Positions 12,482 to 44,547 of a stretch of DNA of 64,000 bases are shown in pieces. The notes beneath the pieces are model-generated. The model searched no databases and was not told where the DNA came from. It saw only the letters and a program-made list of their open reading frames with translations. Source of the stretch: Antedon mediterranea (taxonomy: Eukaryota; Animalia; Echinodermata); contig NC_092671.1 in the NCBI RefSeq assembly GCF_964355755.1, positions 11,470,001-11,534,000 of the forward strand. Reading direction: 5' to 3'. Both the position numbers and the translations under genes were made by a program. Positions within the stretch are counted from its first letter, which is position 1; each line of letters opens with the position of its first letter.

Positions 12482-12987
12482 GAATAAAGTATTTTGGCAA
12501 ACGACTAATAAACAACATATATTTTCCAAAGCGAATATTACAAATTATAAGTACAATTTTTCAAATCATCCCCTGATGAAATTAATTGATGTATATTTGG
12601 CGCCCTCTGGATAAGTCACCTGCTTAATATATTAATGTTGCCGAGCCTTTTTTTGCAAAACAAGAAAAATGAGTTCGTAAATTAACAATAAAATAGTTTT
12701 TTTTTGTCGAGGTATAGTGCATTTATTTTATCATATAAGGTAGAATGAATGTAAAACTACCTATTTAAAGTGTTTTTTAGCATATATGTATTTCCTATTT
12801 CGTGTTGTAAGCCTAGCTAGCCAGGCACCGGGCCTAGGCTAGGCCTAGCCGTACACTCTAGGTCTGGGCCAGGGGCCTTGGCTAGCTAGGGCGGCTAGGC
12901 CAGGGTGGTAGGCTAGGTATACCTAGGCCTAGTACTGTACGTAGATCCCTACTCAATACTGTACTTTGCACCTCAATCTCGAGTTTA

Positions 12988-13884
12988 GGCGCTAGTTCCG
13001 TTTCGCACCTGTCGTTTATTTCGACTCAAAATTGGTTAAGTAACTTTATCGTGAGTACCACACCTTTAGAATTAGGCCTCAAAAATACTTTTACGAAGGA
13101 GATCACACAAAAAGTAAAAAGTAAATCCTTTAAATTGATGAATTTACAGACGTGTTTCTCGCACATCAGTTCGTGAATTTCGCATACTCCATGTTCAATG
13201 GGGATTGTTGTTTCTATGGAGCGCCAAAAGAGCAATCATAATAGAGGGCTAAAAACTCAGTAAATTTCGTATATTTAATGCATTTATTGGTGAAAATTAC
13301 GTTCAATTTTATCATATTTTGTCAATGTCAATGCAACAAAAATATTACTGTTGATACTGTACATGGTTTTTGCAGGAGCTTTTAGGAATGAAAATCGACA
13401 AATTCATCATCATATTACATGTACTGTAGGGGTATACCTTAATCTAAATAATGTGCGTCTTAGTCTTACTCTTAGGCCTAGGGTTGGTTGCTATTTGAAA
13501 ACAGCAAATTATTAGCAGTAAAATGTTACAGCATTTTTATTGACAAAATATATTAAAATTAAACGTGTATTTCAATAGTAAATGCATTAAAAGAAGACGC
13601 ATTCCACTGAGGTTTTAACCATCTATTGTTGTTGCTCTTTTGGCGCTCCATAGAAACGAAAATATTGAACTTCGAGTATGCTAAATTCGCGGCGAACGGC
13701 ATGCGAGAAACATGTCTGTAAAATCATCAATTTAAGGATTTATTTGTTACTTTTTGTGTGATTCTTCTTCATAAAAGTACTTATGAGGCCCAATTTTAAG
13801 GTGTGGTATACACAATAAGTTGCTTAACAATTTGGAGTCAAAAGGAAGTCGAAATAAAAACAGGTGCGAAACGGAACTAGCGCC
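12988..13884. mobile_element. Non-autonomous long-TIR element (Merlin- or MULE-like MITE) just upstream of the WDR7 start exon
   Basis: ~250-bp imperfect TIRs GGCGCTAGTTCCGTTTCGCACCTG / CAGGTGCGAAACGGAACTAGCGCC; 8-bp TSD CGAGTTTA (12980-12987, 13885-13892). Confidence 0.88.
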
Positions 13885-14024
13885 CGAGTTTATACCAACA
13901 ACGAACATCCACCCCTTTTTTTGCATATTCATAAATTAATATAATAGGCCTACCCAGTCATAACTATTCATACTGTATTTTTTTGCTACATATTCATAAC
14001 AATTCCACCTTTCCCTCTAGGTGA

Positions 14025-33150
<19,126 letters not shown>

Positions 33151-35563
33151 GTTGGTAAGTAGTTTTATATTAGTAAGAGAATACATACATACAGATTTTT
33201 TGTATTATTTCCAAACATGATTATAGCTGACAATATAAAAATCAGCATAGTTTTGATCCACTGCCAGCCTGCAAAAACTACTGATTTACATGCCATACTA
33301 ATTTTTTTCGTAACCCCTGATTTATATGTCTGTTTCTAACTGCTTGAAAAATGCTTTTTTACATTTTAAAAATACAACAACAATCAACAACTGCATTTTT
33401 AATTCTTTTTCTTTATAAACTTACAAACAGTTAATGCCAATTTACATGGAAACCGGGTAGTTTGTCTCACATAGGACATATCCTTAGCGGAAACCGCCCT
33501 TCCGCTCCACGTTTTGTGTAAATGGTCATAAGGAATAACATAGATTCTATTCTAATTTTTATTTCCGTTACCGCTCGTTTTTTAGCCTTTACAGTTGATG
33601 ATAAGTAAATCCTGCCTGTGAGGAGTTACTCTTGGAGGATATGTTGAAATTAAAAATGGTTAGTTACTATATTTTGAAAGGATTCTTAACGACCTTTTTA
33701 CCACCCCCAGTTTTAATTAGCAATCTTGTCCCTGTTAGCTAAATGTCTGATTCGTTTTAAGCATCAGGTAACTACTTGCAGACATCTATGTCACTTCACT
33801 TCCTCACATCAATACTCTAGAGACAATCTGACAGCAAGCTAAAAGCCTAGCTTAATTGTTTTCATTTGTTTTGTGTGTTTTGGTGTTTTGGCTAGACTCT
33901 GCTTCCTTGCACATATTATAATGAGCGATCTGATGACCTCCCCCCCCCCCCCCATGCCCCTTGCAGATCTCATCCAGGTAAACCACCTTTACACTTCAAG
34001 GAACCATCAATATTAATGCTCCTTCTTCTTTCATACCGACACCTAGCCCCTTCCCTTCTTGTAGTATCAACCTTTTAATCATAGAGGAATTAAAACAATC
34101 ATCTCCCTTAATATTATGCTCTGTCAGTGGAATGAACAACCTAGAATACACAGTGCCATACCAGATACTATTAAATAAGATAAATGTGGGAGTCTAGCCA
34201 GCTCTGCATGTGTTCAGTGATGACAAATGAGTCACAAATATTACTTATTTCATTATTTGTTTCATATCATACTCAACAAGTTAAACAGTACAGCAATGTC
34301 AAATAGTTGCTGTCCTTTTTGTGTATGACTGTTTCAAAGTCTTGTTTAATATATTTTGCACATAGCATTTAGGCCTATGTTGGTTTTTTCATGGTAGAAA
34401 CCATCAAACAATTTTTTCAACATCCACACTGTCCTATCTATTAATTGATAATTGACAAGATCATCTAAGTTTAATTTCTAAAATTAGACTGTCTGACGTA
34501 CGATTGATATTATCAATTTTCTTAAACTTATTTTGGTATGCATTACATCATTTCTTATATATATGCCAAGACATTCTCAGCTGGGCTATATCAATACGTA
34601 GACTATTTAATTAATTGGCTAGACAGTAATTGAATTAATTTTCAGTTTAAATTTGTAATTTATTTATTTTGAGATAATATACACACTGGAATGAAAAGTA
34701 CTATATAATGGTTTATTTATTTCTTTAGTTTTTAGACAATATTTATAATCAGACAAATGCCATTATTAGTTGTTAGTTTCTGATATAACAAATATTCTTT
34801 TCATCCACATTGTGTATTAAATTTTAATTCTTTTTTATACCCTTCCAAAATTAGACTAAATTAGCCTTTATAGAAAATGTTTGATATTTTATTAGTGATT
34901 TTCTATATTGACTGTTTTCTGCATGTACGTATATTGTTATTATCTCTGCAGTGTATATAAGAGGAATTTCTAATGTATTTTTATATTGGACCAAATAAAG
35001 AATATATATAAATCCAAAGGCAAATTACTGAAAAAAATGCTAAAAAGCTAAATCAAAACGATAAAGTAAACAGCCAGAAAAATTAGCAGAGCTTTATATA
35101 TATATATACTGTATATATAATATAGAAATTGTTTACTAAAAGAACAATGTCTAAAGTAGAAGAATACACAATGTTTTTGAATTTGTGTAGGAAGTTAAAT
35201 AATGACGTCAAAAACACCCAATTGAAAATATGGGTATTAATAGTTCCCTCAGGACTTTAATTTGTATGAACAACAGGATAATTATACAATTTGGTCTCTG
35301 GCTGTATCTTACCTCCTGGGTCTTCGATATTTTACAAATTGCTATGTGATTTTTTTATTTGAATGCCTACAAAAATCACATGAAAAGTCTGCAATAGGAC
35401 TTGAAATGAATAGCACCTTTGAGACTAACACTGGAATGTGAAGTACTTGACATTTAAAGTCACTCATATTTTGAATTACATTATGAATTATTTTGCACAT
35501 TCGAACTCCAGACTTTCAAAGTACTTTTTTGAAGAACGAGACAATGTTTTTCAGACTGAAAAG

Positions 35564-35790
35564 TTGATAATATTTTGTGACTTATTTCCACTTAAATTTG
35601 AGTTGATTTAAAGTATATTGATAATATTTTGTAACTTATTTCCACTTAAATTTGAGTTGATATAAAGTATATTGATAATATTTTGTGACTTATTTCCACT
35701 TAAATTTGAATTGATATAAAGTATATTGATAATATTTTGTGACTTATTTCCACTTAAATTTGAGTTGTTATAAAGTATATTGATAATATT
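35564..35790. repeat. 54-bp tandem repeat, ~4 copies
   Basis: CTTATTTCCACTTAAATTTG recurs at 35581, 35635, 35689, 35743. Confidence 0.93.
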
Positions 35791-36600
35791 CTGCAGTTTA
35801 TAGTTAATAAGGTTTTTTTTTTACAAAGAAATTTGTAACATTTTTTAGTAGGATACTGTTATAACTACAGTACTACAAAGTATATTTGTCCGATGTTTTT
35901 CCCTACTCTGAGATAAATTAACAATTTGTAAGGCTAGCCTAATCATGTACCTAAAATTATATGGCCAATTATAAGGATTTGTATGGGTTGGAATGGGAAG
36001 GTTCATAACATAAATCAAACATTTGAATCACTCAGATAATGCATTAATATTTTGCATAAAATTAGATTACATACGTTAGCATAATCCTTGACCCTGAGAA
36101 GAAACTTCAAAGTCTGTGTTGCATCCTGGAACTCAACTTTAAAGTTAACAAAAAGTGAAAGATTACTGTTAGAAATGTTGTTATGAAATTAATAAAGATA
36201 TTATCTGTTTGTAAATTGGTTAATATCTACCCTAATCATGTACTCAACTGTAAGTAATACTCATTTTGAACATATTTCTTATTCAATCAATGTAAATAAA
36301 ATGTATCAATTTTGAGATAAGAAGTATCTACATTTTTGTAATGTATAATCACATATGGAATATTTGGTCCAGTCTCATAGATAAATTCTGTATACAGTGT
36401 CACATGTATCACATGCGTGTATTATGTTGTCATGGTTAGATACAGACTTCCCACGTGATGCATATGTGACGCTGTATTACAGAATCTGCCTAATACTGTA
36501 TACATACACTATTGAATAGAAATCTTTTTTGGTGGAGAAATATAAATTTTTTTTAGGTTTACTTGATTCTTTGATTTGTCTTAAAGCTTGTCTTGCCACA

Positions 36601-38535
36601 TGATTTGATTTGATTTGATTTATTTCGGCATCAGTACATAAAATATCACAGACATACAATTAAAATTGGCAAATATAAAAAGACCAATATAAAACAAGGA
36701 TGCCAAGGATAACTCATAAAAGTCCTCTACGGACTTGTTTCCAATGAGGTCCTTTGAGAGAACAGCAAAAAAGACAAACAAAGCAACAATAAAAATTACA
36801 AAAAACAGCAAAAAGGACAATCGAAAAAAGAAGAAGCGCTAATTAAATAGTTTCTAGAGCTAGTGAACGTTCCTGTAGATACTTTTTAACTTTACTTTTA
36901 AAACAACAAACAGTTTGTGATTCCTTAATGTTAATTGGTAAATTATTCCATTCTTTAATAGCATTGTAAAAAAAGGTCACATGTGCCATTGGCTTGATAG
37001 TTGGGATTCTAAAATTAAAATTGCATCCCCTAGTATTGTAATTATGACTGTCTGAAATTCTAATAAAACGATTGCATAAATAAGGTGGACAACAATGATT
37101 AAATATTTTAAAAACATGACAGACTCTAAGAAATTCGACACGGTCTTGGACTTTTAACATACCAACGTCGTTTAGCTGAGATTGACCAACATGAGATCGG
37201 GGACCTAACTTTTTTATAAAACGAACCATTTTGTTTTGAGTCGTTTGTAATTTTGATTTTAAATTTTTATTTACCGTAGAAGACCATGAGCAAACCGAAT
37301 AATCGAACATCGGTTGGATTAAAGCAAAACTAAGAATTTTGCGACAATGTGAATTAAGAAATGATGATTGTCGGTACAGAAATTTCAGTCTGCCGTTTGC
37401 TTTGTTTATAACAGAGCGGGCAATGACGTCACCTGATACATTTTGGTCAATCTCAATACCTAGATATTTGATAGATTTTGATCCATTTATAGTCGTTCCA
37501 AAGCAATCAATATAGAATTCGTTTACTTTGCTTAATCTACGTTTAGAACCAAACAGGATGCATTCGGTCTTACCCATATGAAGCGAAAGTTGATTGTCGA
37601 TCAGCCAATTATTGCATGATACGAGATTGTTTTGGAGTTTAGATTGGATTGCGATTGGATCTTTATGGGAGTAAAAAAATTGCACAATCGTCAGCGTACA
37701 AAACAACTTTACAATCACTTTCGATACTAGATGGTAGGTCATTCACGTAAATAAGAAACAAGAGAGGACCCAAAAGGCTACCCTGGGGGACTCCACATCC
37801 AATCTCAATAGAGTTCGATTTGGTACCTTTAATATCGACAATCTGATTTCGCCCAGACAGGTACGCTTGAAACCAACCGATAGACCGGCATCCTAGATAC
37901 TTAAGTTTTTTACACAAAATATCATGATTGACCGAGTCAAAGGCCTTTTGGACATCGAGTAAAACCATACCCGTAAATAAACCATTTGACATTTGAACTC
38001 TAAGGTGATCTCTAAGATGGATAAGACATGTGTCGGTAGAAAATGATCTACGAAAACCGGATTGATGATCGTAGATAAGTTGATTCCTTTCAAGGTAATC
38101 GGAAACTTGTATATATACCACCTTCTCCAGAATTTTTGAAACTGAGGAGAGAATGCTTATAGGTCTGTAATTGTTAGCCTCAGTTCTGGAATTCTTTTTA
38201 TGAAGGGGCGTGACTTTTGCGAGTTTAAAATCCGAGGGAATACGTTCGTATTTAATGGAGAGGTTAATTATATGTGTTATTGGTATTTTAATATTAGGAG
38301 CTCCGTCTCTAAGAAATTTTGCAGGAATCTGATCAAGGCCTACACTTTTAGATGGGTTGAGATTTCTCAATTCCTCTTCGATAAGGCTCTCATCAATTTC
38401 TTCGAGAGAAAAACCAGAAACATGTTTGATTTTGCTATTATAGTAATTTTTAAAGGCATTCGAACCCACACTAAAAAGGTTACTGGGAGAAGGCAATTTC
38501 TTCATTAAATCGGAAGCAATATTTGCGAAGTAATG
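36601..38535 (-). mobile_element. 5'-truncated CR1/L2-group LINE: RT domain plus C-terminus, one frameshift
   Basis: NYRPISIL, QSGFR, LLDVQKAFDSVNH, GVPQGSLLGPLLF, YADD, KYLG; frameshift in the A/T run near 37675; 3' UTR ending in (AAATC)n tail at 36601-36620. Confidence 0.92.
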
Positions 38536-41500
38536 CTTATCTTTTGATTCTTACGTCTGTTGGCTTCAGACATATAGCACTGTACAGTAGTAATTGGGCA
38601 ATTTCTTTTTATAGTCTCAAATTCATTGCCTGTTTGAATTATATTCATATTGTAGATAAAGCTTACTGAATGAAGATATATACCCATAATGCAAATATAC
38701 AATATTCAACTTTTGTCATATCAATATCGCTTAAGTTGTTAACTACAAATTCACTTTTTTTACTCCATCAACTCGCCATGATATTGCAGAAACTAAAGAT
38801 TTCTTTATTGCCATATAAATCATGAACAAAGCTTATTGATGACACACTTACTATCTTTTAACTTCCGTCACAAAATAAATACCGTTGTCACGTACGTTTG
38901 TCGTCGTACAGTGGTACAAAATACTAATGTATTTATTCAAAGACTATCCTTTGAGAGTTTCTTTGTCACATGTGGGCGACTCTTTAAAGTTACAATTTTC
39001 AGGCCTGTCAATATGCTCTCTTTCTAAAATCCAAATCGACTTTTGTGACTGAGTTCAGCAAGAGTAGGCTACAGTATAGTGTGAAAAGTTTTTTTTATCA
39101 CTATTGTATTAACACTGTTTAAAATAAATTAAATCAAAATTGATGATACTAAGGCAAATATGTGATTATCAAAATACAGATATGGTAGTTAATTTACCAC
39201 AATTTATATAAATGAATCACTAAAATGTTATCGTTAAATGATTTATATTAATCAATCAAGTTATTCATAAATCAAATTGAAAAGATAAATTGTTATTTTT
39301 TAAATAATATTCAGGAAAAAATGTAAAAGGTTAAAGCAAAATAAGGAGAGAAAGAATAATTACAAATTTTTTAATAATAACTTATTAGCCTATGTCTTAT
39401 CTTTTTTTAACAGAAATCTTAATTTTATTATTTAAATTATGCTTATTCATTTATTTGCAGAACATTTTCAATTTTCCCATACATACAGTTTTCCTCAACT
39501 AGTTTCTTTACATCCAAACATGTGCATGCATGTGGAGCTGTGATATGTCCAACCAAGTCAGCATGACAAATAAAAATGTAACATATCCTATCACCAGGAT
39601 CTGCAGTACATGTTTATGCCTGTTAGTTCAGCCTATTAACTTTTTATGAAATATGATACACTTTGGACAATACCAGCTGTATTTCAAATTACTGATGATC
39701 TTAATATCTCATCCTTCTTTATAAAACTTAATATTAAGTTAACCATATTGGTGCCTGCTGGAAATTAAGCCTGCAGAATTGCAACACAGCTTGTTAGATA
39801 TAAAATTTAATTTAAAATATGAGAGATAACCTGTATGATTTAACCCATGGGGTAATATAATTGATTAACCTCCGCATGATATAAAGGTACGGTAACCTTT
39901 TTCTTGGCACACTGAAAAAGTCTTTGAATATGAAGTCATTGTATTTCAGCATCCCTATACTGAACTTAATAGACAACACAGCATAACAATAGTTTATACC
40001 AATTCAGAAACAAATCATCTAAGCATTGGCATTATGTGGTAGGGTGGCCATTTCCACACAGCCTTATATCCTCCCTAGTATCTTTCAACCAGGTGTTCAA
40101 TTACAGCTGAGTGGACAGGGAGTCATTCTTCTTGGGAGTTGAACCTGTGCCTTTCTGTATGATAGTCAAGTCCACTCAAGACCACTCAGCCACCAACATT
40201 CAAATAAGAATAATATAATACTTGAATGACAGATTTTCTTTTGAGTAAAAATATGCAATGGAATACACCAAATGTTTTATTTATTATTTTGACATCCTCC
40301 TATTAATCACTTAGCTATAAAGTACTAGAAAAAGTACTATGTAGTATATCAGATCATGAGAAACTTTTCACATGTTGTCTGGTAATAATCATATTTGTCA
40401 TGATGTTATTTTCTTATAGAAATGCTATGAATGATTGACATGTGTCAGATGTTGATTAAGTTGACATATATTGGGAATTACTGTCTCAATGCAGCAACGC
40501 TTTCCTTCTGCAGTAACACTACTTACGCTGCGACACTAGTGTCCCACTTAAGTAACACTACATTAACAGGTATGTAGTGACACTAGTGGCGCACTGCAGT
40601 AAATTAACAGCAACACTGTTTTGTTTCGGAGCTATTCAGAACTGTATTTCGTCAATTTAGATTCATTGTTCATCCAACTCCTAAATCAAATGTATGCTAC
40701 TATCTCAATGCACTGTATTTACTATACTCATAGCAGTGACACTACCATCGCCTGTCTACTACCTAAACACTTTACAGTAAGACACAATCTGATATTGTTG
40801 ATTAACTAGTTTGATATTTCGTATTGTCTTCTAAAAACATGTAAAAATCAGTATGTTCAGATACACAAAGTTTATTTATAAACAACATAGAATACCAAAC
40901 TTGATGTTCTCGTCACTTTGTGAGCCTCATACTGAAAGTCTTAGTGGGCCAAAAATATGCTTATTTATATAGGAGAATAATGATGATAATAGAACTATCT
41001 GATTCCAAAGTAAAATATAAAGTTGCGATATTAAAAGAAATACAGAACGTTTCTATGCACTATTTAATGGATTTATTGAATATGGTTATATTCTTTCTTA
41101 TTTCCTTTCTTTAATTGTTGAATTTAGTCCAATACTATGAAAGTTATACATAATACAGATACACATATTTAAGGAATGGTGTTAATGTTAATACATGCAA
41201 AGGCAAGTTACTGGAGAAGAAAAAATGATATATTGGATTCCTAATTGATTGTAATTGGTTCATATATGTGTTTCATGGAACATTTTTTTCTTAATGTACT
41301 AAATCGTTTAATGAACTCAAGTTCAAAATTATGAACTCACCATTCCAACTACAAGCTTTCAACTTTGTTTCTTTTTATACATATAATCTGTGTTTTCACT
41401 TAAATCTATAAGATTATTGGCTCCAATGTTGGTTTCAGAAAAAAATACCAAAAATATCATAGATATACTATAACTACTAGAGTGTATACTACAAGTCAAG

Positions 41501-41663
41501 AATCATAGTGAGTCACTATGTTTGGTTTAAAGCCAATCTATTGAAGCTCATTGGATAGTACAGTAATGTTTTTGAAAAAAAATAGAAAGTTGGTCAGGGA
41601 CTAAAAGTAAACTAATGTATTAACAATCTTACTATTAAATCTACGAATTAAGTCTATACTTAA

Positions 41664-42213
41664 AGATGTATTGTCCCTTGAAACACAAAAAAATTAAAGT
41701 CAAAATATAATAAATTTGTATTGGCCATATCAAAGTAATATTAAAGTTATTTACTTTAAGTCGAAAATTCGAGCCAAAAACAACAATTTTACGTAATTAT
41801 CAGCTAAATTAATTTGATTACATTTCGTCTGGAAAATAGTCGCGAGCAAAAGTAAACAAAGATTTTAAACCATGAGTATACATTATGCATGATGCTAATT
41901 AGTATTGTTTACAACTCGTCACGGTTGAGAAGTGTGTTTTCACACAGATCGCGAGGAAGTTTTATGGTTATGATACAGAGTAGCCAAATAAGCGCATTGC
42001 ATTATAAGATATGTTTTGATCGAAAACTTTGACTGGAAGTCAAAGTTATTTTTTGAACCAAAAAACGTCTGTATTTCAGTTAAATGATTTTTTTTTCGAC
42101 TAATTTTTTTTGGTGAAAGTTAATAACTATTATGATACTTCAAAATGACCCACTTTTTTTCGAAATCTTTTTATTTTAATTTTTTTGGAATTTGACAAAG
42201 GGACAATACATCT
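41664..42213. mobile_element. Kolobok-like MITE
   Basis: TTAA|AGATGTATTGTCCCTT ... AAGGGACAATACATCT|TTAA; partial copy at ~62240-62593. Confidence 0.85.
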
Positions 42214-43451
42214 TTAACTGCATGTAAGTTAGTTTCAGTTGTTAAAAGCATAACAATGATAATAGTATTTATTTAAATGTTGTATAATGTTATAAAAAAA
42301 AGAAGGAAATATGACGTGTATTAATTGTGGTAGATGTACAATTAATGTGTAAGAATAAATGAATTTAGGTATAAACAATAAATATAAATGCCGGTGCAAT
42401 AAAGAAAATATGAAAACATAACGTCAGAATTATTGGTATCATGTTGTGTTTATCATATCTACTTTCAATAACAATCACATACATACATTGCTTTAATAGT
42501 TGATACTTTTCTACGATGTTTGAAACATTGCTTTCGCAATTTGATTGCCCCAGGAAACCTCCCCCACATCCTAAATCAAAGCACTTTACTTGATATTCCA
42601 TTTTTTTTTTCGAAATTGACTTACACCATCATGCGCAAATTGACGTTAAGGTTTTTAATTGTATTTTTGGCGATACTTGAATTCCATAACATTATACTTT
42701 TTTGTCTTTTAACGTGTTTAGCATAAAGTACGTCGCGTCTTAGCAATTGTACGTTGTTAGTATTTGAATTGTATTTTTGGCGATGTTTGCCTTCCATAAC
42801 ATTATACTTTTGTTTGCCTTTTAACGTCTGAAAACCATCATTGGTATAAACGTGTTTAATAGTGACAGGCGGGTTGACTGAACCTGCTTGTGTGGACAGA
42901 CAGTTCTTATTTAAAGACCTAACAAAAGCCCGAGAGAGAATCAAGTATCTATTCATAATTCCCATGGTTTGCAAAGTTATACCCGAAAGTCAAATCATTG
43001 TTTTTAAAAACGACTAAATTTAAAAAATAAACACGATGACCAGTCAGTGATATGTTAAGTTCAGATCCCAACGGGAATGAAAGATACAATCATTCTCTTC
43101 TATTTATGATTGGTATGAGTCCACAATCCCATCGGCTGCTTTTTTTTTATTCTGTTCTATTATATTTTTTATATGAATCTTGATGTTTTACAAGCTCCTG
43201 AAATTTCTTCTTTTGGAGATAATAAAATATGTCTTGTCAAACTCCCAATTCTATGTACTGTATCTCCAAATTTATAGTCCAGTATGTCATAGACAAATGC
43301 TAGTGCCACATGTGTCACATGGACGCCATTACGTTAAGGTTAGAGTTAGGCATGGCCTATTTATACAGGCCCATGCGATACATGTGTGACACTGTATTGC
43401 AGAATATGATACTAGACAAACATTATAGATTCGTCTACTAATCTAGTCTTT

Positions 43452-43589
43452 AGCTCTGTCTACACTATCAAACTTTATGTGAAAAAAAAATGTGATGTGC
43501 CCATATATGGACACGATGACATCATATCACTACCATATTTGGGCACATCACACTTTTTGTGAAACTAGTTTGATCATGTAGACAGAGGT
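43452..43589. mobile_element. Harbinger/Tourist-like MITE family A
   Basis: AGCTCTGTCTACACTATCAAAC ... GTTTGATCATGTAGACAGAG. Confidence 0.8.
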
Positions 43590-44547
43590 TTTTGTATAAA
43601 ATAATCATAAAAAAAACAATAGGCCTCTCTGAAATCAGCGGTCAACCTTCAACTTGATGTTTAAAGGAAACGTGATCGTGGTTGTTTATTCCATTCAAAA
43701 GTCCTTTGACACTCGTTGCATTATCAATTTCGATTGTACGTGATCGAACGTTTAAAAAAATGATTTATTGGAATCAGTTGGTAAAAGTTTAGGCCTACCG
43801 CGTAATTTATTTTATGGTAGGCCTACACCAAAAGGAGCTAAACAATTGTGTAACGTTAAAAAAAAAAGAGGTAACGATACGTTTACACTGAGCCAGGTAG
43901 CTATATAAAAATCATGAAAAATCGATATAGTGTTTAGGAACTATTCACACTAACGCAATCCGGGTTCTATAAACCGTGAAATTTCACTCTTCCCTGGTGT
44001 TTGACTTTAGTCAAACTTTTGTCAGTCAGTTTTCCAACTTTCCCATTGGCTGAAAATCAGGCAAAGAGTTATTAAATGTACGTCATAAACTGTAACGGAT
44101 TCGATAGAAGACAAGAATCCTCGGAGGTTTTCTGCGCTTTGTAGGTAGGCTTAACTTTCGAACCCGTTTTAAGTTCGGTCAATCGTCTGCTACTTTTAGG
44201 CATCTCCAGGGTAATTCGGTACGCGAAAAGGAAATGGTTGTATTCATTGGACAACTAATCCTACGTCACAAAAAGAAAACACCGGCAGACGATGCGATTA
44301 CTTTACGCATGCATAAAGAAGTTCAAACTGGGATGTGAAACTTGTTTTACATGATATTACAGCTTACAAATACAAAGGATAATATACTCCAAGTACGTGT
44401 GTTGATTACAGATGATACAATGTAGTTGGATCTTACTCAATTAAGTTATAAAATGACGACGAGTTCACTAAACTGGAATTTCAACGCTTTAACGAAACAG
44501 GAACGATTAACACTTTGAATGTTATTGATTTTGATCATTTTTGGAAG

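Noticed and set aside
42621-42974. 117-aa minus-strand ORF
   Set aside because: Overlaps a diverged ~110-bp duplication; no recognisable domain
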